Below are positions 41,917 to 50,637 of a stretch of 64,000 bases of DNA, piece by piece. A program made the position numbers and the translations under genes. This DNA comes from Rubripirellula sp. (lineage in GTDB: Bacteria; Planctomycetota; Planctomycetia; Pirellulales; Pirellulaceae), in the NCBI GenBank assembly GCA_965216875.1, contig OZ244207.1, forward strand, positions 7,840,001 through 7,904,000, read 5' to 3'. Each line of letters begins with the position of its first letter. The first letter of the stretch is position 1. The notes beneath the pieces were generated by a model. It was not told the DNA's origin. It searched no databases and worked only from the letters and a program-made list of their open reading frames with translations.

Positions 41917-43946
41917 TCGGCCTGCGATGGCTCGGTTGGCATGGCAAAGATGCGTTGCGTTTGACCATCGGGCCACTCGGCAGTGACGGCGAAGCGTAGG
42001 CTCGCGGTTTGTTCAAGCACTTCGATCAATGTTTGCAATTGAGCAACGTTTTCTGAAAGCACTTTGTTGGTTTCGGCCGCCGTTTCGGCGCGATCCTGTT
42101 TGACGCGCAGGATGCGCCGCCCGTCAGGTCCTGCTTGTTGGTAGACCGAATCAAGTCGCGCGATTTCGCGTTGGATCAATTCGGCTTGGCCCGTGAGTTG
42201 GTTTGCGAATTGATTCAAGTTGGCTTTGCTGACCATTTGCCAAGGTGTATTGGGAGTCAGCCGAGCAGCGTATCGGATGCGACACTGCAACTTGCGACCG
42301 CCGCGAACATCCAACCGGATTCCCACGGCAATCGATTCGGTATCAGTAGGAGTGATGACAGCGATCGCGTTGGTTTTGCGAAAGGAGGTGGGGTCAATCG
42401 GCTCGATCCAGCCGAGTTCGACGCCCTCCGGGAGGTCGACCTGGACATCGACGCGCGCTACTTTCGGAAGCACGGGTACGTGCAGATCCCAGCTCGGTTG
42501 CACGTCAGGTCGCCCAAAGTCGAGCCCCAACGGATCGGCTTCGACCTCGGGCCGTAGATAGACCATGGATCCACTGTCGGGCCATTTCAATCGGCCATGA
42601 ATCAGTAGCGAAGCCGAGGGCGATGACTTGGCTTGTTCGGCCCAACGAAATGCGAGTTGACCCTCTTCCGACGTCAGTAACGCGATCGGATGATCGCCGC
42701 GTGAATCGCGTATCGACCAACCCTGTTCATTCGCCACGACTTGGTAGGGGCTTTGAAGCGGGTATTCGAGCTGCACGTCCCCTTGGTCATGTGCGCCAAC
42801 AATGATCGATGCTTGGTGATCACGTGGTGCAGGCAAAGTGACGGCGGTCACATTGGCGACACGTGTTTCCTGTGGAGACTCTTCGGGGGCGGTGTCATCG
42901 GACATGACCGCATCGAGACTTGTCGTTTCCGCAGTTCCCGCCGAAGTCCTTTCGCCTGCTTCAGGCCTTGGTTCGGACGCGCCCGCAACTCCGGTGTGTT
43001 CCAGCTCGTTTCGTTTCTCATCGGCATCCGTTTCGACGGCTTGGTCAAAATCGAGAGCGGGCGGCATCCACTGGTCGAGCGAGACTTCCGTTTCGCTCAT
43101 CGTTTCATTCTCAACATCGGCATCGATCGATTCGAGTGTTTCCAATGCGTTTTGGCCATTCTCGGACGCCGGCAGATCCAATCCAGACACATCCCCTTCC
43201 GGTGCGTTTGATGCCGTCATCGGGGACGTGGTGCCAGCGGGCACGGCTTGAGAGTTGCTTGCTGTTTGATCAGGCCCGCGCGTGGCGATCGCGATGCCCG
43301 TCACGACCACGACCACGATGGCAACGAGAACAAATGCTCGCTTGGCGTTGGAGGTTGTTGGTCGGTGGCCGGTGAGTTTTTCTTGGCCCGTGAGTTTTTC
43401 CGAACTCGCGTCGGCGGTGGTTTCCAATGCCGGGGGCGATTGCGAAGACTCGGCTGCGTCCTTGCTGGCGTCCGTCGACGAGTCCACCAGCGCTGGATCG
43501 ACACCTAGTTGGCGGGCCAATCCACGGAGGTGATCGATCGACTGGTCGAGCGTGGGCCCGGAAGTGGGCCCGGAAGTGGGCCCGGAAGTGGGTTGCCGTT
43601 CCTCAGCGAACGAGTGGCCATTCCAATGCAGTCTTGCTTGGTGATCAATGCACCAAGTGTGTAAATCGATTTCGGGCAAAGGTTGGTTGGTTTCACGCTC
43701 GTGAAACGCCGCGATCGATTGTGCTTGGGCAAGCCAGTTTCGAGCAATGTCTTCGGGCGGCTGACCAAGTTGCTGGATCAGCTCGGCGAGCGTTGCGATT
43801 CCATCGGCTTTATCGTCTGCGGCGGGAGAATCAGCGAGCGATTGAGCAACCAGAATGCGCGCTGCTTCGGCTGGCGAAAGGGTACCCGCTTGGACGCTCT
43901 CGAGTGTGTCGCGGAGTGACGTTGGATGTTTGGGATTGGTCCCCAT
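41907..43946 (-). CDS. Single-TM hypothetical protein with low-complexity linkers
   Basis: Long ORF with TM segment AFVLVAIVVVVVTGIAIA, acidic linkers and a C-terminal coiled coil. ATG 43946 is preferred over the ORF-track start at 44045. Confidence 0.8.
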   Translation of the reverse strand: MGTNPKHPTSLRDTLESVQAGTLSPAEAARILVAQSLADSPAADDKADGIATLAELIQQLGQPPEDIARNWLAQAQSIAAFHERETNQPLPEIDLHTWCIDHQARLHWNGHSFAEERQPTSGPTSGPTSGPTLDQSIDHLRGLARQLGVDPALVDSSTDASKDAAESSQSPPALETTADASSEKLTGQEKLTGHRPTTSNAKRAFVLVAIVVVVVTGIAIATRGPDQTASNSQAVPAGTTSPMTASNAPEGDVSGLDLPASENGQNALETLESIDADVENETMSETEVSLDQWMPPALDFDQAVETDADEKRNELEHTGVAGASEPRPEAGERTSAGTAETTSLDAVMSDDTAPEESPQETRVANVTAVTLPAPRDHQASIIVGAHDQGDVQLEYPLQSPYQVVANEQGWSIRDSRGDHPIALLTSEEGQLAFRWAEQAKSSPSASLLIHGRLKWPDSGSMVYLRPEVEADPLGLDFGRPDVQPSWDLHVPVLPKVARVDVQVDLPEGVELGWIEPIDPTSFRKTNAIAVITPTDTESIAVGIRLDVRGGRKLQCRIRYAARLTPNTPWQMVSKANLNQFANQLTGQAELIQREIARLDSVYQQAGPDGRRILRVKQDRAETAAETNKVLSENVAQLQTLIEVLEQTASLRFAVTAEWPDGQTQRIFAMPTEPSQADQP
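43552..43592. repeat. In-frame 12-bp tandem repeat (GTGGGCCCGGAA x3.4), encoding PTSG x3
   Basis: Perfect units at 43552, 43564 and 43576. Confidence 0.9.
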
Positions 43947-44230
43947 GAACTGCCTTAGGCACGAAAGCAAGGTAAATGAGATCAGAGTGGCATTGGGGAA
44001 GGCCGATTTTAGCGGATTTTTTACTTCGACTTCGCAGCGTTTCACGGTGTCAAACCGGGATCGTCAAAGTTTTCCTACCACGATCAAGCGGAATAACCAA
44101 ATGCTGAGGTCTGATCGTGCCGATAAATCCGCCTGAAGCGGTTGTTCTGCACGACCGGATCGTACCAGTTCACTCTGGATACGTTCGATTCGTGCGGTTA
44201 ACGGCTGTTTCAGGAGCCAATAACGGGGGG

Positions 44231-44344
44231 AGGTTCAACACCGGAGGCACGGAAGCCTCAGTGGTGGTGTTGAGCTTGAACGTCTGCATCGCGATGGATG
44301 TGATGTGGTCGTTCGGCGCATGTGCAGGCATGGATGACTGTGCA
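44231..44344 (+). promoter_or_regulatory. Structured 5' leader with three ANGGAN-loop hairpins (CsrA/RsmA-type sites)
   Basis: GAGGC-ACGGAA-GCCTC, GCATCGC-GATGGAT-GTGATGT and TGTGCAGGC-ATGGAT-GACTGTGCA upstream of the BBP7 start. Confidence 0.55.
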
Positions 44345-44410
44345 TTGCGACGCCCTGTGAGTGACTTACCGGCCCACAGCGAGGCGGCCTCGGCCGCGGA
44401 GACGTTTGCG

Positions 44411-45910
44411 ATGCACCGAATGACTCAACCAAAATCAACAAGAACCCTGGTTGCCGCGATCGCGTTTGCGATGCTCGCGAGCGTGGGACTTCAAGCACAG
44501 GCACAAATGACGTACCCACCGATGTCGGGTGCGTCTCAAAGCGTTTACGACTACGAAGCCAGTGGCTACGTCGTTCCAGCTGGCATGGTGCCACCAGCCG
44601 AATACACAGGCGGCGCAATGCCTGCCTACGCTGGCGGTATGACGCCCGGGTACCCTGGCGGCGTGATGCCCGTCGGTTTCTTCGCCGGTGGCGGCTGTGA
44701 CACAGGCTGTTGCGATATGCCGATCGGCTGTGACGGCTGCGGCATGGCATGCGGCTCAGGCCAATGTGGTTGCGGCGGCTTGATCGGCAAGCTTCGAGGT
44801 GATCACTACAACGGCATGTCGAACTTGCGTCATGCATGTATGTTCTGCCGCGGAGACGGCTGCAGCGTCTGCCAAAGCATCGGTCGCGGTTACTTGCTCG
44901 GCGCGTTCAACTTCTTGCGACCCTACGACAAGCAAGGCATCTGTGCACAACGCTGGTACGACCTTTCGGTGGAAGCGATCTTCCTCGGACATGGCAGCGG
45001 CAGCGTCACAGGTAACCTGACGACTCAGGGTGTTGCACCCGGTGTCGCGGGTGACCCTGTCCCCGCCAACATCGTTGTGCTGCGTCGCGAAGATGCTAAC
45101 GACGGCAACGACCTGGAAGCCGGTGCCCGGATTTCGGCATCGATGATCTGGGGACCTGGCGGAAACTTGGAAGCGACCTACATCGGTGGCAACAAGTGGA
45201 ACGCTCGTGCCGAGGCTCGAAGCGGTGCAGCTGACCTGTACTCATTCATCAGCGACTTCGGTCGCGATCCGGTTGGCGGCTTCGACGATACAGACCAGTC
45301 GATCATTCAAGGAGTGGAAGCCAAGAGCGAATTCCACAGTGCTGAATTCAACTACCGTCGTCGCACGGTTGGTCCTTACTGTCGCTTCCAAGGATCGTGG
45401 TTGGTCGGTCTGCGATACGTCCGCTACGACGATACCTTCAACTACTTCACAGCTGATGGCGGAACGGACTTCTTCAGTTCGCTCGACCAAGCTCAAAACA
45501 ACTACTTCGGACCTCAAGTCGGATTTGATCTGTGGTGGAACGCTCACCCAGGCATCAACCTCGGCATGGGCTTCAAGGGAGCTTGGGTGCAGCTGGATGG
45601 TAAGCGAGTCACGACGCTGAGTGCCAACTCACTCGCTCCGATCGCGACGCCTGGATCGATCACCGCTCCAACGACCATCCGCAAAGGCACGACGATGGCA
45701 GAGTTCGAAATGAAGGCAATCTATCGCCTCACCCACTCGATCGCTCTGCGTGGCTCGTACTTTGCCCTGGCTGTCGACGACGCGATCTACGGCACCGCTG
45801 ATCTGGCGACCGTCAACGCGTTCCTCAACAGCAACTTCGACAACATCCCAACACAGACCAATTCGCTGGTCGTGCAAGGTGTGTCGTTCGGTGCCGAATA
45901 CACTTGGTAA
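44411..45910 (+). CDS. BBP7-family planctomycete outer-membrane beta-barrel protein
   Basis: Signal peptide, Gly/Cys-rich N-terminal region, W.....EAIFL, GLRYVRY.D.F, NNYFGPQVG and C-terminal beta-signal GVSFGAEYTW. Start 44411 or 44420 (ORF open from 44117). Confidence 0.8.
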   Translation: MHRMTQPKSTRTLVAAIAFAMLASVGLQAQAQMTYPPMSGASQSVYDYEASGYVVPAGMVPPAEYTGGAMPAYAGGMTPGYPGGVMPVGFFAGGGCDTGCCDMPIGCDGCGMACGSGQCGCGGLIGKLRGDHYNGMSNLRHACMFCRGDGCSVCQSIGRGYLLGAFNFLRPYDKQGICAQRWYDLSVEAIFLGHGSGSVTGNLTTQGVAPGVAGDPVPANIVVLRREDANDGNDLEAGARISASMIWGPGGNLEATYIGGNKWNARAEARSGAADLYSFISDFGRDPVGGFDDTDQSIIQGVEAKSEFHSAEFNYRRRTVGPYCRFQGSWLVGLRYVRYDDTFNYFTADGGTDFFSSLDQAQNNYFGPQVGFDLWWNAHPGINLGMGFKGAWVQLDGKRVTTLSANSLAPIATPGSITAPTTIRKGTTMAEFEMKAIYRLTHSIALRGSYFALAVDDAIYGTADLATVNAFLNSNFDNIPTQTNSLVVQGVSFGAEYTW

Positions 45911-45936
45911 CCCGCTGGAAACAGCAAACGAATCTC

Positions 45937-45974
45937 AAAAAAGAGCCCGCTCGGCAAGCCGAGCGGGCTTTTTT
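45937..45974 (+). terminator. Rho-independent terminator (bidirectional geometry)
   Basis: A6-G-AGCCCGCTCGGC-AA-GCCGAGCGGGCT-TTTTT just after the BBP7 stop. Confidence 0.9.
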
Positions 45975-46230
45975 CGTTTTGAAACGTACCGCAGAGTCGT
46001 CTGAGAAAATTGAGCCCAACATGCTGCGATCGGGATCGTTTGGGCATGTATACTGATGGTCACTGTCCGCAGGGCTTGACGCGATTCAGCGGCTGAGGTG
46101 AGCGGCGGCAAGACGGGGCAATGTGATCGGTTGGTATCAGTGTTTTGGGTGATGGCCTCGTGGTGACGTTCGATTCGAGTTGCTGGTTCACCCCGTTTAG
46201 CCGCCGCGGTCTTTCGATTGGGGCGACGGA

Positions 46231-49200
46231 ATGACGGACAGGACGACGCTGGACTGGGAGTCGCTTGCTCCCGCCGAGCTCGAGCAAGTCGAGCTTGCGC
46301 TGGACCGCTGGGAAACCGCGACACGCGAAAACGCTTCGCCGGCGCCGGATGACGTTTGCGAGAATCCAAAGCTCGCCCCCTTTGTGGCAGAGCGGATTCG
46401 AGATCTCGATCGAGTCACCGAGTTTTTCGAGGGACCGGGGGTTGCTTGCACCCAGCCGGTTCAAATCGGGCGCATTCGAATCGTTCACACGATCTCTCGC
46501 GGTGCGATCTGCGATGTCTATCAAGGCCAGCAACACGACCCGCAACGAACGGTTGCCGTCAAGGTATTGCACAGCGCGGGAAGTGATGCGTCGATCGAAC
46601 GCGCTTTTAAACGCGAAGTCCAAATTCTGGCAAAGCTCAATCACGTGGGCGTTGCCAAAGTCTTTTATGCGGCAGCGACCAACGATATCCAAAGGCCTTC
46701 GCTCTACTTCGTGATGGAGTATGTGGCTGGTCCTCGATTGACCGAATATGCTCGCGCCAAGAGTTTGGACCTGAGTCAACGTGTCGAGTTGTTTGTGAAA
46801 GTGTGCGAGGCGATCGCCCACGCGCACCATAGCGGTGTGATTCACCGTGATTTGAAACCATCCAACATCCTTTGCACCCGTGACGGGCAACCAAAGATTC
46901 TCGATTTTGGAATCTCGGCATGGTTGGAACAGTCGGGGACGCAGTATTCCCAACGCGGCATCGGCACGCCTCCCTACATGAGTCCGGAGCAGTTTGGCGA
47001 GAATGATCGTCAAGACACTCGTAGCGATCTCTACAGTTTGGGCGTGATCTTGTATCGCTTGTTGAGCGGTCGTTTCCCATACCGCAAATCGGTCGACACG
47101 CTTGCCGAAGCAGCCAAAGCGGTCACCAGCGGTGAGCTCATTCCGCTGCAAACCTGTTTGAAGGGATGTCCTCGGGACCTCGCGGCGATCACGCACAAGT
47201 GTTTGCAACTTGATCCCAAGAACCGATACCAGAGCGCTGAACTGCTGGCCGCCGACTTACGCGCTTTCTTGGCCGGCGCGCCGGTCGAGGCGAGGGTAAT
47301 GTCTCGCTGGGAACGTTTTCAGCGTTGGACCGTGCGCCATCGCGCCTTTGCGGCCGTCTGTGTGTTCGCAATGGTGTGCGTTTTGACGGGCGGCATCGCG
47401 TCGTTCCTGCTCTGGCGGCAAGCGGCTGACATCGCGGCGAATTTGAGTGCTACTGTCTCGCAACTGCAAGTGTCGCGTGCCGAAGCCGAGGAAGCACGCG
47501 AAACACTTAGCGACGAAGTGACACTGCGAAGGCGGTCATCGCACAATCACGTTCTCGCTCAGGTCGATCGCCATTGGCACAGTTCTCCCGACCAAGTTCG
47601 GAATTGGTTGCAGGACTTAGAAAGCAAGCGTCTTGGCCCTCGCAGTTTCGCATGGAATGTCCAGTGGCATCGCTCCGTCCGTGACACGTTTGAGATCGCC
47701 GCCCACGAGGGAAGCCTCACTCATGTCGCTTGTTTTCCTGATGGGCAAAAGGTTGTCTCGCTTGGTGTCGATGGATTCGTCCGTGTGTGGCAGCTTGCGA
47801 GTCAGCAGATGCTATGGGAACGACGCCTCGATGGTTTCGGCCCCTATTCGTCCTGTGACGTCAGTGCAGCGGGCGAGCATGTTGTGGTTGCAACACCCAA
47901 CGAGATCGTTTTGTACCGGGGGGATGATGGGCAAGTTCTCAAACGCCACGTTGCATCCGACTTGAAATACCGTGCTGCCTACTTTTCGCCGCGCGGCGAC
48001 AAAGTTGTGTCTTGGAACTCGGGCGGCGAGATCCAGGTTTGGGACGAAGGGCTTGCAAAGATTGAACATCGGTTCGAAATGGTTGGCGATCTGACTCACG
48101 CCCAGATCAATCTCGATTCGACCGAGGTGGTTGGGTTTGTTCGCGGCGGCACCATCACTCGGTTTCCCCTTCAGGGAAAAGACTTGGCCGAAACGTTCCG
48201 CGTTGAGAGACCCAAGATCTTTCGGGCGACGGCCACCAATGATTTTCGACGCTTTGCGGTTTCGCATATTTTCAACAACGGGCGAATCTACGCACCTGGG
48301 GAAACGGATCATCCCGTGCACATGAGTTTGCAGGGTTCGAAGATTCGTTCGATGCGATTCACGCAAAACGGTGATTCACTGTTGTTGGCCGATCGTGCTC
48401 GCGTTGACGCTTACTGGCGAAAGAGTGGTTGGGAAATGCGATGGTCGCGGAAGTTTTCCAAACCGATTCATTCCAACATCGCAATCTCACGCGACGGCAC
48501 TCATTTTGCAGTCGGGCTTGATGGCGGTTCGCTGGTATACACCGCGATCAATGCCGAGCGTTTGCAGACAACGTTGGGAGTGGAGCTCAATCGGCCGCGC
48601 GCTGTCTGTTTGGACCCATCCGCCGGTAAGGTCTATGTCGCCGGCGCTGGCGTGACTGAGTTTGTGGTCGACGGCACGACGAAGCGGCGGCGATCCATCT
48701 TGGACATTGATTGCGCAGACGCGATTTGCTCGTCCTCCGGTGACCTGTTCGTCGCACTTGGCAAGTCAAAGCAAGTCCTTTGGAAGTGCGCCGATGAAGC
48801 GGGATGGCGCGACGCCTTGAAAACCAATGCGGCAGTGCGGACGGTGGCCTACGATGAGTTGAACAACACGTTGATTGCGGGCGACTTTCAGGGAACGCTG
48901 TACCAATGGGATCTTGGTCGTGACTGTGAAATGACAACGTTCACCGCTCACCAGTCCCCCGTCGTTTCGTTGGCATGTGATCGCAGTTCTGGGTTGATCG
49001 CCACCGGCAGCGACGATGGCGAGATCGCAATCTGGAATCCCTCGGGAAGGTCCATCAAACGCTTTCGCATTCACCAAGGTGCCGTGACGGATATCGCGTT
49101 TTGCGGGGCGGGAAATTGTTTGGTCAGTGTCTCAAACGATGGCACCATCGGGATCATCGATGTCGCCGCGCAAAAAGCTCGGCCAAATATTCGGATTCAT

Positions 49201-49488
49201 CGTGAACGGTTGCGTGCGGTGACCATTTCGCCCGATGGTGAGACGATTGCATCAGCCGGCGAAGATCGACAGATCACGTTGTGCGATCTCGTCACCGGGG
49301 AACTGCAAGCTGTCTTGATCGGCCACACCGAAACGGTGACGGCATTGCAATTTAGTGCGGATGGACGCGAGCTCTACTCGGTGGCGCAAGATGGAACGAT
49401 TCGACGTTGGCGTCCCCGTGTCAACGAGGTCCCCCAAGATGCGGACGAAGCCGTTCAAACCGTTGCTGCTGCGAACACGCTCGATTGA
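46231..49488 (+). CDS. Ser/Thr kinase with TM helix and WD40 repeats
   Basis: VAVKVL, FKREVQIL, HRDLKPSN, LDFG, GTPPYMSPE, TM segment, then many WD40 units (AHEGSL.., HQSPVVSL..ATGSDDGEIAIW, GHTETVTAL..). Confidence 0.93.
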   Translation: MTDRTTLDWESLAPAELEQVELALDRWETATRENASPAPDDVCENPKLAPFVAERIRDLDRVTEFFEGPGVACTQPVQIGRIRIVHTISRGAICDVYQGQQHDPQRTVAVKVLHSAGSDASIERAFKREVQILAKLNHVGVAKVFYAAATNDIQRPSLYFVMEYVAGPRLTEYARAKSLDLSQRVELFVKVCEAIAHAHHSGVIHRDLKPSNILCTRDGQPKILDFGISAWLEQSGTQYSQRGIGTPPYMSPEQFGENDRQDTRSDLYSLGVILYRLLSGRFPYRKSVDTLAEAAKAVTSGELIPLQTCLKGCPRDLAAITHKCLQLDPKNRYQSAELLAADLRAFLAGAPVEARVMSRWERFQRWTVRHRAFAAVCVFAMVCVLTGGIASFLLWRQAADIAANLSATVSQLQVSRAEAEEARETLSDEVTLRRRSSHNHVLAQVDRHWHSSPDQVRNWLQDLESKRLGPRSFAWNVQWHRSVRDTFEIAAHEGSLTHVACFPDGQKVVSLGVDGFVRVWQLASQQMLWERRLDGFGPYSSCDVSAAGEHVVVATPNEIVLYRGDDGQVLKRHVASDLKYRAAYFSPRGDKVVSWNSGGEIQVWDEGLAKIEHRFEMVGDLTHAQINLDSTEVVGFVRGGTITRFPLQGKDLAETFRVERPKIFRATATNDFRRFAVSHIFNNGRIYAPGETDHPVHMSLQGSKIRSMRFTQNGDSLLLADRARVDAYWRKSGWEMRWSRKFSKPIHSNIAISRDGTHFAVGLDGGSLVYTAINAERLQTTLGVELNRPRAVCLDPSAGKVYVAGAGVTEFVVDGTTKRRRSILDIDCADAICSSSGDLFVALGKSKQVLWKCADEAGWRDALKTNAAVRTVAYDELNNTLIAGDFQGTLYQWDLGRDCEMTTFTAHQSPVVSLACDRSSGLIATGSDDGEIAIWNPSGRSIKRFRIHQGAVTDIAFCGAGNCLVSVSNDGTIGIIDVAAQKARPNIRIHRERLRAVTISPDGETIASAGEDRQITLCDLVTGELQAVLIGHTETVTALQFSADGRELYSVAQDGTIRRWRPRVNEVPQDADEAVQTVAAANTLD

Positions 49489-49509
49489 CGACGCGTCGAA
49501 CGCTTAGCG

Positions 49510-50337
49510 TTACCCTTTCGAGGCGAGCGTCCAGATCCCCTGGCGAATCAGAGTCTGCAGTTCGGCGGCGTTGACCGAAATCTCGCTTGAAGAGGCGGGG
49601 TCAAAGACGACCAGCGATTGTGATTTGAGTTCGCGGATCCGCGCTGGACGCGGCGGCTGGAACCCCTGGAAGAAATAGAACTTGTTCTGTTCAAGCTTTG
49701 GGACTACGCGTGTTTTCTTGTCCGCGCCCCGTTTCAGTTGCAGCTTTTCACCGAAGCGATAGTTGGCCGCGAAACTACCGAGTAGATTCAAATCGGGCGT
49801 TTCGGGTTGTGGCGGTTTGTTTGCTGGCGATTGTTGATCGTTACCATCGCCGTCTAGCGAATCGCTCGTCGTAGCGTTTGCCTTTTCCTCGCTCGCGTCG
49901 GGCTCTTTGTCACGACCTTCCATCGACACAGCGTGTTCAAGCGCGGCGACCAAATCTTGGAAGGCCTTGCCAGCCGGTCCCGTCAATTGCTGCATCTTGG
50001 TCTGCGCGTTCTTGACTTCGTTCAGTTTTTGAATCGACAGCCTTTGCCGCCCTTGTTTTGCTGATGAAATCAAAGAGTTGATCTGTGAATGCCAGCGTCC
50101 CGAGATCCCTTGGAACTGTGCTTCGATTTGGCGAATACGATCGAGCGCCGTGCGTGTGCGTCCAAGCTGGAATTCTTTTTGAGCGTCGGCGACATCCGAG
50201 CTGAACGAACTGACGCCCTGAAGCCCACCAATCACGACACCGCCTGGCAGCCCGTGTACTTGGCCCCCCGTCAAGCTGCTTGTCCGTTGAACGGTGGTGA
50301 TCACGTTCGAGAAGAGAGAGGGTTCGACGCGAATCAT
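49510..50337 (-). CDS. Hypothetical protein
   Basis: ORF fills the gap downstream of the kinase; helical N-terminal domain, acidic linker and small C-terminal beta domain. ATG 50337 preferred (open from 50415). Confidence 0.7.
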   Translation of the reverse strand: MIRVEPSLFSNVITTVQRTSSLTGGQVHGLPGGVVIGGLQGVSSFSSDVADAQKEFQLGRTRTALDRIRQIEAQFQGISGRWHSQINSLISSAKQGRQRLSIQKLNEVKNAQTKMQQLTGPAGKAFQDLVAALEHAVSMEGRDKEPDASEEKANATTSDSLDGDGNDQQSPANKPPQPETPDLNLLGSFAANYRFGEKLQLKRGADKKTRVVPKLEQNKFYFFQGFQPPRPARIRELKSQSLVVFDPASSSEISVNAAELQTLIRQGIWTLASKG

Positions 50338-50517
50338 GAATACAGAAAAACTCGAAACCAAAGGGGCGCGGGGCGTCGACGATAGGACGCTTGAGGAACC
50401 GTCATTATCCTCCAAGCACCATGTTCTCGCAACGTGCGCGGAGAGGCTGTTTGGCGCTGTGAGCCGTGATCGCGTCAGCGGTCGGGCCTTGCACGCTTGT
50501 GCGCGTTGGGCGAACGC

Positions 50518-50601
50518 CTGTCATGCGGAGCATGACCTACGAAGACTGTCATGCGGAGCATGACCTACGAAGACTGTCATGCGGAGCATGACGTACGAAG
50601 A
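50518..50601 (-). repeat. Three tandem 28-bp REP-like units (family B)
   Basis: CTGTCATGCGGAGCATGACCTACGAAGA at 50518, 50546 and 50574 (one mismatch in the last). The reverse strand reads GTAG followed by the GTCATGC-TCC-GCATGAC hairpin. Confidence 0.9.
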
Positions 50602-50637
50602 TGCGCAAAAAGTGATCTGTGCGTGCGAGCACACACG

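Noticed and set aside
44095..44126. Sigma28-type promoter (GCCGATAA at 44119-44126) for the BBP7 gene
   Set aside because: The -10 match is perfect, but there is no TAAA -35 element at the expected spacing, so it is not called.
49950..50110. WXG100-like motif (LTGPAGKAFQ) in the hypothetical protein
   Set aside because: It lacks the Trp of WxG, the protein is too long and no type VII secretion genes are nearby.
50518..50601. 28-bp palindromic repeats as a CRISPR array
   Set aside because: The units are head-to-tail with no spacers and no cas genes are present. The GTAG-plus-hairpin layout fits REP elements.
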